DNA from: a virus
Taxonomy: Duplodnaviria > Caudoviricetes
Length of the DNA: 40,038 nucleotides
Virus record (IMG/VR): IMGVR_UViG_3300046002_006899
Coordinates: 1-40,038 of that record
Reading direction: 5' to 3' (one strand)
The position numbers and the translations under genes were made by a program. The notes beneath the pieces were generated by a model. The model worked only from the letters and a program-made list of their open reading frames with translations. It searched no databases and was not told the DNA's origin. Positions 16,546 to 25,985 of this stretch are shown in pieces (position 1 is the stretch's first letter; the number at the start of each line of letters is the position of its first letter).

Positions 16546-19180
16546 AAACGTCGAGCGTGGGAATCAAGCTCAGAACATTCAAGGGCATAATCGAACTCGT
16601 TTTGACGACAACACTCGCGTCATCCTTGTACTGGCTCATGGTCGTGAGCCGCTTCATTCCGGTAAACGCAGGGGGCGCAGTGTTCGGGTCATCGGTTGCC
16701 TGCCTCGTAATGAGAGGGTAAAACGGAGCCGTGAGGCTGTCGCCATACTGCCCAGCTTGGGACTTGTAGAGAACGACGACTAACTCTGTCACCTTGAACT
16801 TGCGCCCCTGAGCGGTGCCGTCTTGAAGAGGAACCTCGAAAGGCATCGGCTGAATCATCGACTCATAGGGCAGGCCGACTACGGCGTGAAGAGTGCCAGG
16901 GGGAACGCTCACCGAATTGGACGTGACACGCTGAGGGGGCATCTCGGAGCCGTCCGCAATGATTACCACCTCCTTGCCCTCGATGTGAGCAAGGCCCGTG
17001 ATCGTCGAGAAGGTGCCAGTCTTTTCGATGGCCGCGTCTGCATGCCACACCTGCTCTCCACGTTCGAGCGCCGCCCAGTAGCCGGAGCGTAGCCTCTCAA
17101 TGCGTCGAGTGCCTCCACGGTTCACAATCAACCACACCTCATCACCGGAGGCCGGGAGGCCATAAACGGAAGACACCGACTCGACGAGCCCGTCAGTAGG
17201 ATGAGCCGACCACGCGACGACCTGCTCCTCGCGCCGATACGTGCAGGAGAGAAGAAGGCCGTCGTTCGTCACGACCCAAAGGATTTGCTCAGGATTTTGA
17301 GAGAACGCAACCGCACGGATGCCAGCAAGGGTGCGATGGCTGAATAACTGCGTCACGTTCGGAGCAATATAGTTTTGACTCTCCCACTGGAAAACATACT
17401 CGCGCAACGAGAGCCCGCCCCGCTGAACGAAGAGCACCGTCGAGCCGACGAGCACCGGCTGCACACGGGAAGAGCCGTAGCCGCTTTGCCGCTTCGTTGT
17501 GACATTGCTAGGCGTGAGTGCGTTCGAGCCCCCAGTGAGAAGCCACTCGTCGCCATCGGTGCCCACGATGAGACCGTCCTGAGACACGAGCCAGTTGATC
17601 GGGTTATTTTCCTGCGCGCCGATTTGATAAACGAAAGAACCGTCATCAAGGCCAGTCTGCCGGAAGTTGCGGAAGTCGCCCGTCACGCTGCCGAAGATGG
17701 TCTGAGGCTGGCTTGCGGTGCCTGCGAAGATAAGGCGCTGCTCGTGCATTGCGACGGCCCCAGGGTAGCCACGAACGGCAGAGAAGGCCCCTTCGTCCCA
17801 CGACGCCGTTGCAGTCGTGGAATATGCGGCCCGCAGGACGTTAACTGTCACCTGCCGAGGCCCAGTATAGCCGACCACCTGCACGAGGCCGCTGATAAGA
17901 GGATCTGTTGCTTCGAGCACCCAGCGACCCTTAGCCACATCAGAAGCCGGAGCCGCGTAGATGTTCGCCCCGCGAAGCCGAAGAATAGCCTCCCCGTCAA
18001 CCGTGCCCGACGCGGAAATATTACGATCCATCGCGCCCGTCCAACGACGCAGCACATCCCACAGGCCAGCAGGATTCTTTTGTTCGAGGTACATCTCGCC
18101 AGCCCATCGGCCATACGTGGACAAGTCCCATTGCCCCGTGATAGTAATCTCATTCGAGGGACCATTCGCGAAAGCGGGAGCGACAAAGGAGAGCGTCTGA
18201 GGACTCGTGGAGGTGGGGCCGATGCCAATCGTATAAGTCACCGTTGAGCCAGGAGACACAGTGACATCCTTCACACGGATTCTAAATCTGCCGATACCTG
18301 TCCCGGTTTCTGAGAGTTGATTGCCCGTCTGAATCTCCCGCTGAATTACCACATCATAAGCCGAATCCGTGACGTTCCATTGCTCAACGAAGAGCGTCCC
18401 CGCCCACTGGCCGGACGTGGTAATGCGCCAGTCTTGTGGCTGAGTCACGGCAGGCAATGCAGGAGACCACGACCAAACAGGAGGAGGGACAACCGGAGTT
18501 GTGCCGAGCGTTACGTCTGCCGTCTGCCCACTGCGCAGAGGGTCAGGGGTGAACGTTAATTCTGTTGAGAGCACCCCGCGAAAGTGTGACACCTGCCAAT
18601 AGCTGCCGACGTGCCCAGCTTGGAACGTGTCTGCGCTCGCAGTCATCAGCACCCCGTTACCAGTCACGGCAGCAAGGGCGAGAGTTGTCGCGCTCGTGTT
18701 TGTGTCGCGCATTGGAGGGAATGCGCTCTCAAGAGTCCAAGGAATAGGCCCGAGCGTCCAAGTCGTATCCGAGAGCCGGATGAGTTCTTGCGTTGCCACC
18801 TCGGGGTGAGACAGCCACATGACGTTATTCACCTGCGTGTAAAAAACAGAATCGATCTGGCTCTCTGTCCATGGAGCAGCCGACGACGCCAGGACGATAG
18901 CCGCCGTGTCTGCGTTGTGGATTTGAAAGGTCATGTGACCGAGCACGATCTTGAATTTCTTCACCGTCGAGAAGGTGAACGGAATCAGCCGCGAGTGACG
19001 CGCCGGGTCGATGGTCATACCGACGTGCATCATCGACGGGCGACGAAATGCGCCACCGAAGACGCGAGCAATGAAGTTGCTAAGAGACTTGCAGGCCCGC
19101 CGCAGATTTTCGAGATCCACACGACCGACTACCAGGGGAGTAACCTCGCCCGTATTGAATGAGTTGATAAGCGCCTTCAC
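16535..19180 (-). CDS. Tail tubular protein B (nozzle)
   Basis: NSFNTGEVTP, GGAFRRP, GYPGAVAMHEQRL, VVAWSAH, VVGLPY motifs. Confidence 0.9.
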   Translation of the reverse strand: MKALINSFNTGEVTPLVVGRVDLENLRRACKSLSNFIARVFGGAFRRPSMMHVGMTIDPARHSRLIPFTFSTVKKFKIVLGHMTFQIHNADTAAIVLASSAAPWTESQIDSVFYTQVNNVMWLSHPEVATQELIRLSDTTWTLGPIPWTLESAFPPMRDTNTSATTLALAAVTGNGVLMTASADTFQAGHVGSYWQVSHFRGVLSTELTFTPDPLRSGQTADVTLGTTPVVPPPVWSWSPALPAVTQPQDWRITTSGQWAGTLFVEQWNVTDSAYDVVIQREIQTGNQLSETGTGIGRFRIRVKDVTVSPGSTVTYTIGIGPTSTSPQTLSFVAPAFANGPSNEITITGQWDLSTYGRWAGEMYLEQKNPAGLWDVLRRWTGAMDRNISASGTVDGEAILRLRGANIYAAPASDVAKGRWVLEATDPLISGLVQVVGYTGPRQVTVNVLRAAYSTTATASWDEGAFSAVRGYPGAVAMHEQRLIFAGTASQPQTIFGSVTGDFRNFRQTGLDDGSFVYQIGAQENNPINWLVSQDGLIVGTDGDEWLLTGGSNALTPSNVTTKRQSGYGSSRVQPVLVGSTVLFVQRGGLSLREYVFQWESQNYIAPNVTQLFSHRTLAGIRAVAFSQNPEQILWVVTNDGLLLSCTYRREEQVVAWSAHPTDGLVESVSSVYGLPASGDEVWLIVNRGGTRRIERLRSGYWAALERGEQVWHADAAIEKTGTFSTITGLAHIEGKEVVIIADGSEMPPQRVTSNSVSVPPGTLHAVVGLPYESMIQPMPFEVPLQDGTAQGRKFKVTELVVVLYKSQAGQYGDSLTAPFYPLITRQATDDPNTAPPAFTGMKRLTTMSQYKDDASVVVKTSSIMPLNVLSLIPTLDVYGT

Positions 19181-19791
19181 CAGTTTCTAAAACCCTCCCG
19201 AGCTTTGAGCCATTCACTATCTGTCTGAGCCCTGATTACTGTCGGCATTGTCTCGCGGTCATCAGGCCCGAGAGCATCAGTGAAGAATGCGCTCGCCTTG
19301 CTCAACATCGAGTCAGCGATTGAGCTCGACGAAGAGAGGGCCGGAGCAATCGCAGCCGCCAGAGCAAAGCCGAAAGCCTGACAGAATGAGTCATCCCACA
19401 AAGTGACGTTTTCCTCGCGCCGAACATATTTCAACTGTGCCCGCTCAGTTCCACCGGGGGCCGTCTCGATATTCGCGAGCAGTCGGCCCGCCTCGATCTC
19501 AAACGCTGCCTTGCCCGTGCCCGCCTGCTGCCCGTTCCACTCAATCGCCAGGACGTAATCGGCAGGCAGAGCATAAGCCGCCTCGTAGCCGAAGAGCGGA
19601 GCCGTAGAGTATCGAGAGAGTGTCGCTCGATTGATGGCGAAGTTCCAAGCTCGCTTTCTAAGCATCGAGTCGCGAGTGATGTCCCACATTCTCAGGCAAT
19701 GCTGAGCAGCGGGAGACACCTCTTCAATTGACTGGATGAGCGCAGAGCCGAGGTGCCCGAGGGCAATGTTCGCGAGAAGAGTCTTGTTCAT
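19177..19791 (-). CDS. Tail tubular protein A (adaptor)
   Basis: ANIAL..LG, RD..L...WNFA, YALPAD motifs. Confidence 0.88.
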   Translation of the reverse strand: MNKTLLANIALGHLGSALIQSIEEVSPAAQHCLRMWDITRDSMLRKRAWNFAINRATLSRYSTAPLFGYEAAYALPADYVLAIEWNGQQAGTGKAAFEIEAGRLLANIETAPGGTERAQLKYVRREENVTLWDDSFCQAFGFALAAAIAPALSSSSSIADSMLSKASAFFTDALGPDDRETMPTVIRAQTDSEWLKAREGFRNW

Positions 19792-19800
19792 TTTGAGGGT

Positions 19801-19841
19801 AAAAAGAAGCGGCCCGTCTCACACCACTAAGACGGGCCGCT
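19801..19841 (-). terminator. Intrinsic terminator after the head genes
   Basis: 12-bp stem AGCGGCCCGTCT/AGACGGGCCGCT followed by TCTTTTT on the minus strand. Confidence 0.85.
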
Positions 19842-19885
19842 CGTGCCATTGCACCACACACCAAACCAACAGCATTTTTTGAGGC

Positions 19886-20368
19886 TTACTCGACGGTGTA
19901 AGCGATCTCGGCGACATAGGTATTCGTAGCAGCGAGAGTGATGGTCGTCCCGGTGCCGTAGTTGAGCACGACCTTGAGAAGATCGTCAACGGCGAGCGCG
20001 GTCGTGTCGGGAGCAGCCGCCACGGGGGTGAGAGCCGTCACGGTGAGAGGGTCGGTAAGCTGCGCAGTGATGGCAGACAGAGCGACAGATGTCGCACCGG
20101 CTGCGGTCGTCTTTTGCAGCGTCATCTTGACCGCAGTCGTCACGGTGCCGGTGCCCTTGATGCGGCTCAGGGAAGGAATGACGCGAGCGCCAGCGATACC
20201 GAGAGAGCCGAGAGTCACAAGATCACCGTCAGCGTGGGATGCTGTCGAGGTCCATGTGAAGCGCGCAATGTGCAGCTTGGAAGCGACAGGGGCGCGAGAA
20301 GGGGAGTAGTTGCGGGAGGAGGCAGCGAGAACGACAGCGGCCTGAAAGTCGGAATTGATGGAAGCCAT
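19886..20368 (-). CDS. Capsid decoration/cement protein
   Basis: Thr/Ala-rich beta protein directly after the capsid gene. Confidence 0.65.
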   Translation of the reverse strand: MASINSDFQAAVVLAASSRNYSPSRAPVASKLHIARFTWTSTASHADGDLVTLGSLGIAGARVIPSLSRIKGTGTVTTAVKMTLQKTTAAGATSVALSAITAQLTDPLTVTALTPVAAAPDTTALAVDDLLKVVLNYGTGTTITLAATNTYVAEIAYTVE

Positions 20369-20401
20369 AAGATTGAAAGAGTGAAGAGTAGAAATTGAGG
20401 A

Positions 20402-20429
20402 TTAAAGCCCGCCCCGGCTAAGGGGCGGG
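20402..20429 (-). terminator. Hairpin or weak terminator after the capsid gene
   Basis: CCCGCCCC/GGGGCGGG stem followed by CTTTAA. Confidence 0.55.
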
Positions 20430-20441
20430 AGAAGTCACAGA

Positions 20442-21392
20442 CTAGGGGGATGGGTCACAGGGGATTTTGAGGACCATCTCATCGAAGACGCGGAAGGCTC
20501 CGAACTTGGCGTACCCGGCGATTTGCAGCGCATGGCGGGCCTCGGGAAGAATGTCCATCTTCGTTTCGATGCCGCTCATAGGAGCGACGCAGAACGCACG
20601 CTTAGCGAATGCGACACAGGTGCGGACACCAGTGCCGGAATCGACATCCAGGCGCTCAGAGGACACGACGCGGAAGCCCATCAGCTTCGCCTCTTTGTTG
20701 CCAGAGAGGCGCTGATTGAACCATTCAATCGTGACCTTGGCCCAGGCGTTATTTGGAGCGGCCTCGGCGGAGAGCATGAGCTGCATCTCTTCTTCCGAGG
20801 AGATAGCGAGAACCATGTCCTCACGGTCGAAGTCGATGAAGGTCGCGAGGAACCGGCGACGAGCTTCGAGCACCTTCCACGGAGTGAGGCCCTGATTCGC
20901 GCCAACGGCGACGAGAGGCTTGATATACCCGACATCGATAGCGTTCCCGGCAGGGAATGCGGTCGGAGTGATGTAGGGCTCAGCGCCGCCGAGGGCGGGG
21001 GCAGTAGCGGCGACGATGAATAGGTCATCCTTGATACGCTCGAGCCCTGCCATGAACTCGGTAATCACCGGGCCAGTCGGCAGGGGAATCGAGTCGAGAA
21101 GAGCTTGGTCGATGCGGTCGAACTTGACCGGAATCGCTTCGAGCGAGTTCCAGAAGCCGGAGCGGAAGCCAGCCTCAAACTCGACAGCGGCGTTCGTGCC
21201 GAAGCGGGTGTTATTGACGCGCCACTCGCGAGTCTGAGCCATGCGCTTGACGTACTGCTTGGCAGTCCAAGCGGGGTCAATGTTCATGACGGGAGCGAAC
21301 TTGCTGTCGTTCTGAGCGATGGCGGCCTCGAAGCCGTCTTGAAGCTGGCGACGAGTGTGTTCGGGAATCTGAAAAGTAGGTCCAAAGGACAT
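20442..21392 (-). CDS. Major capsid protein
   Basis: 316 aa after the scaffold; R..DD.FI.AA, LMGFRVV.SERL and GAFRVFDE.V motifs of BPP-1-like capsids. Confidence 0.88.
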   Translation of the reverse strand: MSFGPTFQIPEHTRRQLQDGFEAAIAQNDSKFAPVMNIDPAWTAKQYVKRMAQTREWRVNNTRFGTNAAVEFEAGFRSGFWNSLEAIPVKFDRIDQALLDSIPLPTGPVITEFMAGLERIKDDLFIVAATAPALGGAEPYITPTAFPAGNAIDVGYIKPLVAVGANQGLTPWKVLEARRRFLATFIDFDREDMVLAISSEEEMQLMLSAEAAPNNAWAKVTIEWFNQRLSGNKEAKLMGFRVVSSERLDVDSGTGVRTCVAFAKRAFCVAPMSGIETKMDILPEARHALQIAGYAKFGAFRVFDEMVLKIPCDPSP

Positions 21393-21462
21393 GAGAAAAG
21401 AGGGGAAAGAAGTTGTGAACGATTGCCTTTTGAGGGGCAGGATTTGCGTTGCACTTCGCTCT

Positions 21463-21527
21463 CGGTAAGTCCTGTTCGGAGCCGGTTACGGAAGGGGCGG
21501 GGCGAGTAAGTCTTTGCAGAGTTCGCC
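21463..21527 (-). ncRNA. Candidate structured leader of the capsid mRNA (two hairpins with GACUUAC)
   Basis: GGCGA-ACTCT-GCAA-AGACTTAC-TCGCC and CGG-CTCC-GAACA-GGACTTAC-CG. Confidence 0.45.
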
Positions 21528-21530
21528 ACC

Positions 21531-21568
21531 AACAAAGAAGCGGTGGGAATCACCCCACCGCTTTGCAA
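21531..21568 (-). promoter_or_regulatory. Late promoter motif overlapping an intrinsic terminator
   Basis: TTGCA-N12-GATTCCC lies within the stem AAGCGGTGGG/CCCACCGCTT, followed by CTTTGTT. Confidence 0.7.
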
Positions 21569-21587
21569 GAACTATTTACAGGCTTTG

Positions 21588-22481
21588 TTATTTGCCGCTC
21601 GCATAGCCTGCCGCGACCTTCGCCATCACTGCCGCGTCGCCCTTGTGATAGAGTGCGTACTCGGGGTGAGTCTTGTCGCTCATCACTGCCTTTGCTTGCG
21701 CCATGGTGAGCGTGCCACCACCCACGCCACCACCACCCGCCCCGCCGCCGTTGTCTTCACCACTGGCCTTTGCAGCCCACGCGAAAGACTCAAGGGCATC
21801 AGCGCCCCAGAATCCTTTTTCGTTGGTAGGGTCGAAGGCACCGCCAGCGATTGCAGCCTTGAGCGACTCAGGCACACCGGGACGATTCGCGAGGGACTTC
21901 GCCAGAGTGACAGTCTTGTCGATCTCAGGGAAGCGAGCAGCTAGAGCCACACGCTCCGCAGCGATGCCAGCGGCATACTCATCAGCCCGCCCCTTGAGTT
22001 GTGTCGCAGTGTCAGAGAGATGCTTGTTCAGCAGTTTCTCAGCCGCACCCTTTGGGATGCCCAAGGCCTTGAACTCTGCGCGCCACGCATCCATTTGCTT
22101 AGCGTCGATGTTTTCCGGCTTGATGCCCTCGGGGAGGGTATAGCCGTAGTCTTCGAGCTTATCAGGCACACCGAGCGCCTTGTGATAGGCCGCGATGTCC
22201 TCCGCTTTTGCATCAGCCCCAGGCACGCGAATCATGCCCTCGGTTTTTGCACGAGCCGCAGTCATCGAGTCTGAGAGCATCTTGCTCACGTCTCCGAATG
22301 TCTTAGCGCCAGCGAGCGGCCCCTTGTAGTCAGCGCCGAACGCCTTAGCCGTCCAGTTGTCAGCGAAAGCACCGTCAGCGCCGAGCACACCGTCGAACGA
22401 AGGAACGAAGGCCGGAGGAGCACCGCCGCCCCCGCCTGCTTCCGGTTCACCTTCGAGTAAGAATTTTGGGAAGAGCTTCAT
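21588..22481 (-). CDS. Capsid scaffolding protein
   Basis: LGVPDKLEDY motif, helical body, C-terminal MSDKTHPEY..GD; lies between portal and capsid. Confidence 0.8.
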   Translation of the reverse strand: MKLFPKFLLEGEPEAGGGGGAPPAFVPSFDGVLGADGAFADNWTAKAFGADYKGPLAGAKTFGDVSKMLSDSMTAARAKTEGMIRVPGADAKAEDIAAYHKALGVPDKLEDYGYTLPEGIKPENIDAKQMDAWRAEFKALGIPKGAAEKLLNKHLSDTATQLKGRADEYAAGIAAERVALAARFPEIDKTVTLAKSLANRPGVPESLKAAIAGGAFDPTNEKGFWGADALESFAWAAKASGEDNGGGAGGGGVGGGTLTMAQAKAVMSDKTHPEYALYHKGDAAVMAKVAAGYASGK

Positions 22482-22484
22482 GGA

Positions 22485-22832
22485 TTACTTACCCCCTTTC
22501 TGTGCAGCCTTCCAGGCAATGAGGCGCGGACACTTGTCGCCGTTGATTGGGTCGCGCTCAGGCTTGGGATAGGTAGGAGCGGAAACCGGGCCGGGAGGGC
22601 CAGCGTCGCCAGGAGTGCCGACCGGGCCGCTCTCACCTTCTGCGCCTTCGTCTTCGCCCGCGCCGTCCTCGGCATCGAGCACGACAAACGAGAGTTTGGA
22701 CCCATGAGCAGCCGAGGCCGCGCTCTTTACAGTCGGGCCGACTGCCTTCAAGAGAGAGCACACGTTGCCCTCGATTTTGCCGATTTCTTCGCCGTCTTTG
22801 GAGACGATGGAATTTGTGATGGTAACGATCAT
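22485..22832 (-). CDS. Hypothetical protein with short collagen-like segment
   Basis: ATG at 22832 (ATGA overlap); GESGPVGTPGDAGPPGP. Confidence 0.7.
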   Translation of the reverse strand: MIVTITNSIVSKDGEEIGKIEGNVCSLLKAVGPTVKSAASAAHGSKLSFVVLDAEDGAGEDEGAEGESGPVGTPGDAGPPGPVSAPTYPKPERDPINGDKCPRLIAWKAAQKGGK

Positions 22833-23089
22833 ATTTTTGTTGGTTCTGTGGTTTGTGGTTTGGGAGGCGTGAGGCTTGCGGCCCCGAACCTCCAAAGTGT
22901 TGCGACTACTTCGTGACGACCGTGCTCGTGCTCAGTCATGCCGGGGTAGTGTTGCATTGGATGCGCGACAGCGCAGAGCCGGGTTAAAAGACGCTGCCCC
23001 GCAGGCGAGTCGAAGGCATCGCGGCAATCGAGTGCGAAAGCCTCGGCTTGCTCCTTGTCAGGACAGAGAAGAGCTTCGAGCGCCTTCAC
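22829..23089 (-). CDS. Bbp19-like protein
   Basis: FDSPAGQRLL..L and G...VV motifs, directly after the portal. Confidence 0.65.
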   Translation of the reverse strand: MKALEALLCPDKEQAEAFALDCRDAFDSPAGQRLLTRLCAVAHPMQHYPGMTEHEHGRHEVVATLWRFGAASLTPPKPQTTEPTKI

Positions 23090-24741
23090 GCCGCAGCCCC
23101 TCCCTTGAGCATTGGAAGGGCAGCATCGACGAGCGGCTTGCTCTTCATGGCCTCCATAGCCATTTGCTTCTGCTCCGCAGCCTGCGCAGCCTGAGCGCGT
23201 CCGGCGCGCAACTGCTTAACAGTGTCCTCATTCACGAGGTAATCGGCAGGAAGCCCCTCCCCGCGTGAAAGGTCGCGATAAGCGCGGTCGGAGTCGAGGT
23301 TGTCGAACACGGGCATGCCAGCAGCAGCCAGCGGCCCGAACATGGCGACGAGGTCACTGAGCCCCGACTTCTTAGCCTGCTGCATTGCGAGGCTCATTCG
23401 ATTCGTCTGCACGCACCGAGGGAAGAGAATCGTTGAGCGCCCCAGGGCATCGAGAACGTAAGCCTCACGGGGAGCCGGAGGGAGGAGACCGCCACGGAAG
23501 AGCAGCATAAACACGCGCTCGACTACGGGATTGATAAACTCGCTCGTGAGCGCCGTAAACGCTGGAGAGAACCGCGAGAGCTTCTCAGCTTCGAGAGCGC
23601 GGACGTGAGGAATATTCAAGTCGCCCGTGCGGTTATTGAACATCTCGAACAGCGAGCGATGGAAGGCCTCATTCACTGCCTTCTCTTTCCGCTCAAGCAG
23701 ATTTAAGCCGATGTCGAAGCGCCCGCCCGTGCCCCACTCTTTCGGGAAGGTGTCTTGAGTCGTGCCGCCCATGGTGATGCCACCGGCGCGAAGATCCGGC
23801 ACACCTTGGAACCCTTGCGGGAGAATGATGCGGGGATTCACCGTGACCTCGGCGAGGGTAGCCATCAGCAATTCGAGGTAATTCACGCCGCGAATCTCAG
23901 CAAGGGCGCGCATGGCCGGACTCACACCGTAGGCACTCGACTCGCTCCATTTGAGATACCTAGTAACGAAGGCCGGAAGCTCTTCAAAGCCCGACTCCTT
24001 CACGACTGACTTGCTTTCCTCGTGGATGTAGATCGAAGCGAAGGGCATCCCGCGAGCGCCTTTCTCTGCCGATTGCGCAGTGATCTCACGGGGGAAGATG
24101 CACTGGAGATACCGAGTCTTTGTCTCAATCTTGCCTGTCGAGAGATGAAGCTGGACGGCAGCGGGGAGCGTGTCGAACTCCTCCTTAGCTTGGCGAGCGG
24201 TGCGCTCAATCGAGCGAAAGACCACATCACAATATCCCTCGGCATTCTCGCTCACAACGAAGGTTCCGACATCCCAGGCGCGGAAGTTGAGCGGCCCACG
24301 AACGCCAGCCTCAGCCCAAAGCGAAGCCGTGCCGTAGGTGCTGCGATCTTGTAGAACCTCATGCGTGCGAGAGTAGAAATTCGAGGAGAACAGAATCGCT
24401 TGAGCGACCTCAGTGCAGTGTTGAAGCCACTCCTCAACGGCGTCGTTGCCCTCTTGCTGAGGCGATGGTTTCCAGACGAACCAGCGCCCCTCGCTTGGCA
24501 TAATCCACGACATGCAGCCGGAGGCGAGAATCTCGTTCGCCTCGACCGCTACCGAGTTGAGGAGTCGAGTCTCAGGGCGATAGTTGTCAGACGTGGAGCC
24601 CTTGGCCTGAGCCGTGACGAGGCTCGACACCTTGCGAGTGAGGCACATGCGCCCGCACTCATCCCATAGGCTCATCATCGAGCTTGCATCATTGCGAAGC
24701 GAGTCATGCAGTTGAATCAATGCAGTGGGGGAAGTGTCCAT
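23086..24741 (-). CDS. Portal (head-tail connector) protein
   Basis: LASG.MS...P...WF, SNFY, YGT, YGVSPAM.AL and EFINPVVER motifs of T7-type connectors. Confidence 0.92.
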   Translation of the reverse strand: MDTSPTALIQLHDSLRNDASSMMSLWDECGRMCLTRKVSSLVTAQAKGSTSDNYRPETRLLNSVAVEANEILASGCMSWIMPSEGRWFVWKPSPQQEGNDAVEEWLQHCTEVAQAILFSSNFYSRTHEVLQDRSTYGTASLWAEAGVRGPLNFRAWDVGTFVVSENAEGYCDVVFRSIERTARQAKEEFDTLPAAVQLHLSTGKIETKTRYLQCIFPREITAQSAEKGARGMPFASIYIHEESKSVVKESGFEELPAFVTRYLKWSESSAYGVSPAMRALAEIRGVNYLELLMATLAEVTVNPRIILPQGFQGVPDLRAGGITMGGTTQDTFPKEWGTGGRFDIGLNLLERKEKAVNEAFHRSLFEMFNNRTGDLNIPHVRALEAEKLSRFSPAFTALTSEFINPVVERVFMLLFRGGLLPPAPREAYVLDALGRSTILFPRCVQTNRMSLAMQQAKKSGLSDLVAMFGPLAAAGMPVFDNLDSDRAYRDLSRGEGLPADYLVNEDTVKQLRAGRAQAAQAAEQKQMAMEAMKSKPLVDAALPMLKGGAAA

Positions 24742-24744
24742 GAT

Positions 24745-25245
24745 TCAGATCGTGAAGCGGATGCGGGAGCGGATGAGATCGACAGAGCGCACGCCTTCGC
24801 AGACCATGCCACCCGTGCGCGAGCCCTTGGCGTTTGAGTTGCCCTCGATAGTCGTGATGAAGCCGCGACCATCAGGCGCGCTCGTTGCGATGCCGATATG
24901 AGAGAAGGAGAAAATAACGAGGTCGCCTCGCTTGATGTCGAGACCGCACGGCTTGCGCGTCTGAGTTGTGGAGTCCTGAGCGAGTGACCACTTCTCGAAG
25001 CCGAATGCACTCGCGGTGCGAGGGCGCTCAAAGCTGGACGTGACAACCGGAAGGTGCCAGGCGACGAGAGCCTCGCGGACACAGAAGCAAACGAAGGCCG
25101 CACACCACGCGCCCCAGTCTTTGACTTCGAGCCAGGTCGCCCGCTGATAGTCATCGACGCGAGGCCCGCGATTCGTTAAGCCCGTTTCTTTCACGCCGAC
25201 CTCGGCTTGAGCGACCTCGATAAGTGTCTCGATGAACGCGCTCAC
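24745..25245 (-). CDS. CHAP-domain peptidoglycan hydrolase (endolysin)
   Basis: EVGVKE..N.G, WCAAFV, GDLVIF..SHIG and TIEGNS motifs. Confidence 0.85.
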   Translation of the reverse strand: MSAFIETLIEVAQAEVGVKETGLTNRGPRVDDYQRATWLEVKDWGAWCAAFVCFCVREALVAWHLPVVTSSFERPRTASAFGFEKWSLAQDSTTQTRKPCGLDIKRGDLVIFSFSHIGIATSAPDGRGFITTIEGNSNAKGSRTGGMVCEGVRSVDLIRSRIRFTI

Positions 25246-25619
25246 GGTGCTGAGGCCCCCAAGGTAGCGAGTGAGCCGAGAGCGTTCGTGTCTGCCGTCT
25301 TGGAGTAGCCAAAGCGACGGCCCGCCTTGCGACGAGAGTCGAGGCCTGCGGCGACCGTATCGACAGAAGCGGCAGCAGGAGCTGACGCGGGAGTAAACTG
25401 CGGAGAGGATACCTCGGAAGCAGAGCGAGCTTGTGCTCGAAGCTGCCGCATATTATCCTCGTGCTGCTTCTGACTCTGTGCCGCACTGGACGCAGCAGCA
25501 GCGCCCGCGCCGCCGTCTCCACCACCCCCGCAGAAGCGATTAAGGCGACCGTCAGGCCCGAAGATGTCGGGGGAGTAATGCGGCCCGCCAGGGTCGAGAG
25601 AAGCGTCGAAGTGTTTCAT
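25242..25619 (-). CDS. Small pre-portal virion/assembly protein
   Basis: FCGGGG, Ala/Gln helix, basic RRK and LG terminus, as in pre-portal genes of podoviruses. Confidence 0.6.
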   Translation of the reverse strand: MKHFDASLDPGGPHYSPDIFGPDGRLNRFCGGGGDGGAGAAAASSAAQSQKQHEDNMRQLRAQARSASEVSSPQFTPASAPAAASVDTVAAGLDSRRKAGRRFGYSKTADTNALGSLATLGASAP

Positions 25620-25631
25620 CGACCCCGACCG

Positions 25632-25656
25632 GGGGAATCAACCGCAGAGAATGCAA
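25632..25656 (-). promoter_or_regulatory. Late promoter motif (head operon)
   Basis: TTGCA-N12-GATTCCCC, 12 nt before ATG 25619. Confidence 0.75.
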
Positions 25657-25985
25657 GCAATCTCTTGAGCCCGCTTCAAAGGATAGAAGCGCACCGGCTG
25701 GCCGAACCTCGAAGCACCCAGTAAGGGCAAGGGGTAAGGCATGCGTTTGTAAATCTCGTTTACATCGCCCGCTACCATCCAGATAAACCACGCGTCAGGC
25801 TTCGCGAAGGTACACCACGGGTTTGCAAGGATCTCAGGGGCCGCAGTCGAGTCCACAGGCCGAAACATCGCGAACAGAGTCGGCGATGAAATGACGTAGC
25901 CGCTCACGAGGTGCGGGAGCAAGTCCGCTTGAAAGTCTTCGTTGTCGGGGTAGAGCGCCGCCGCTTGTTCGTAGGGGGTTTGCAT
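25638..25985 (-). CDS. Hypothetical protein (possibly GNAT-like)
   Basis: MQTPYEQ start at 25985; GYV.S.P..FAM.RPV, AWFIW..AG and R.Y motifs. Confidence 0.65.
   Translation of the reverse strand: MQTPYEQAAALYPDNEDFQADLLPHLVSGYVISSPTLFAMFRPVDSTAAPEILANPWCTFAKPDAWFIWMVAGDVNEIYKRMPYPLPLLGASRFGQPVRFYPLKRAQEIACILCG

Noticed and set aside
21083-21090. Extra GGGGAATC matches at 21083 and about 38012 as late promoters
   Set aside because: Intragenic, and they lack both the adjacent T and the TTG element at the 12-nt spacing.
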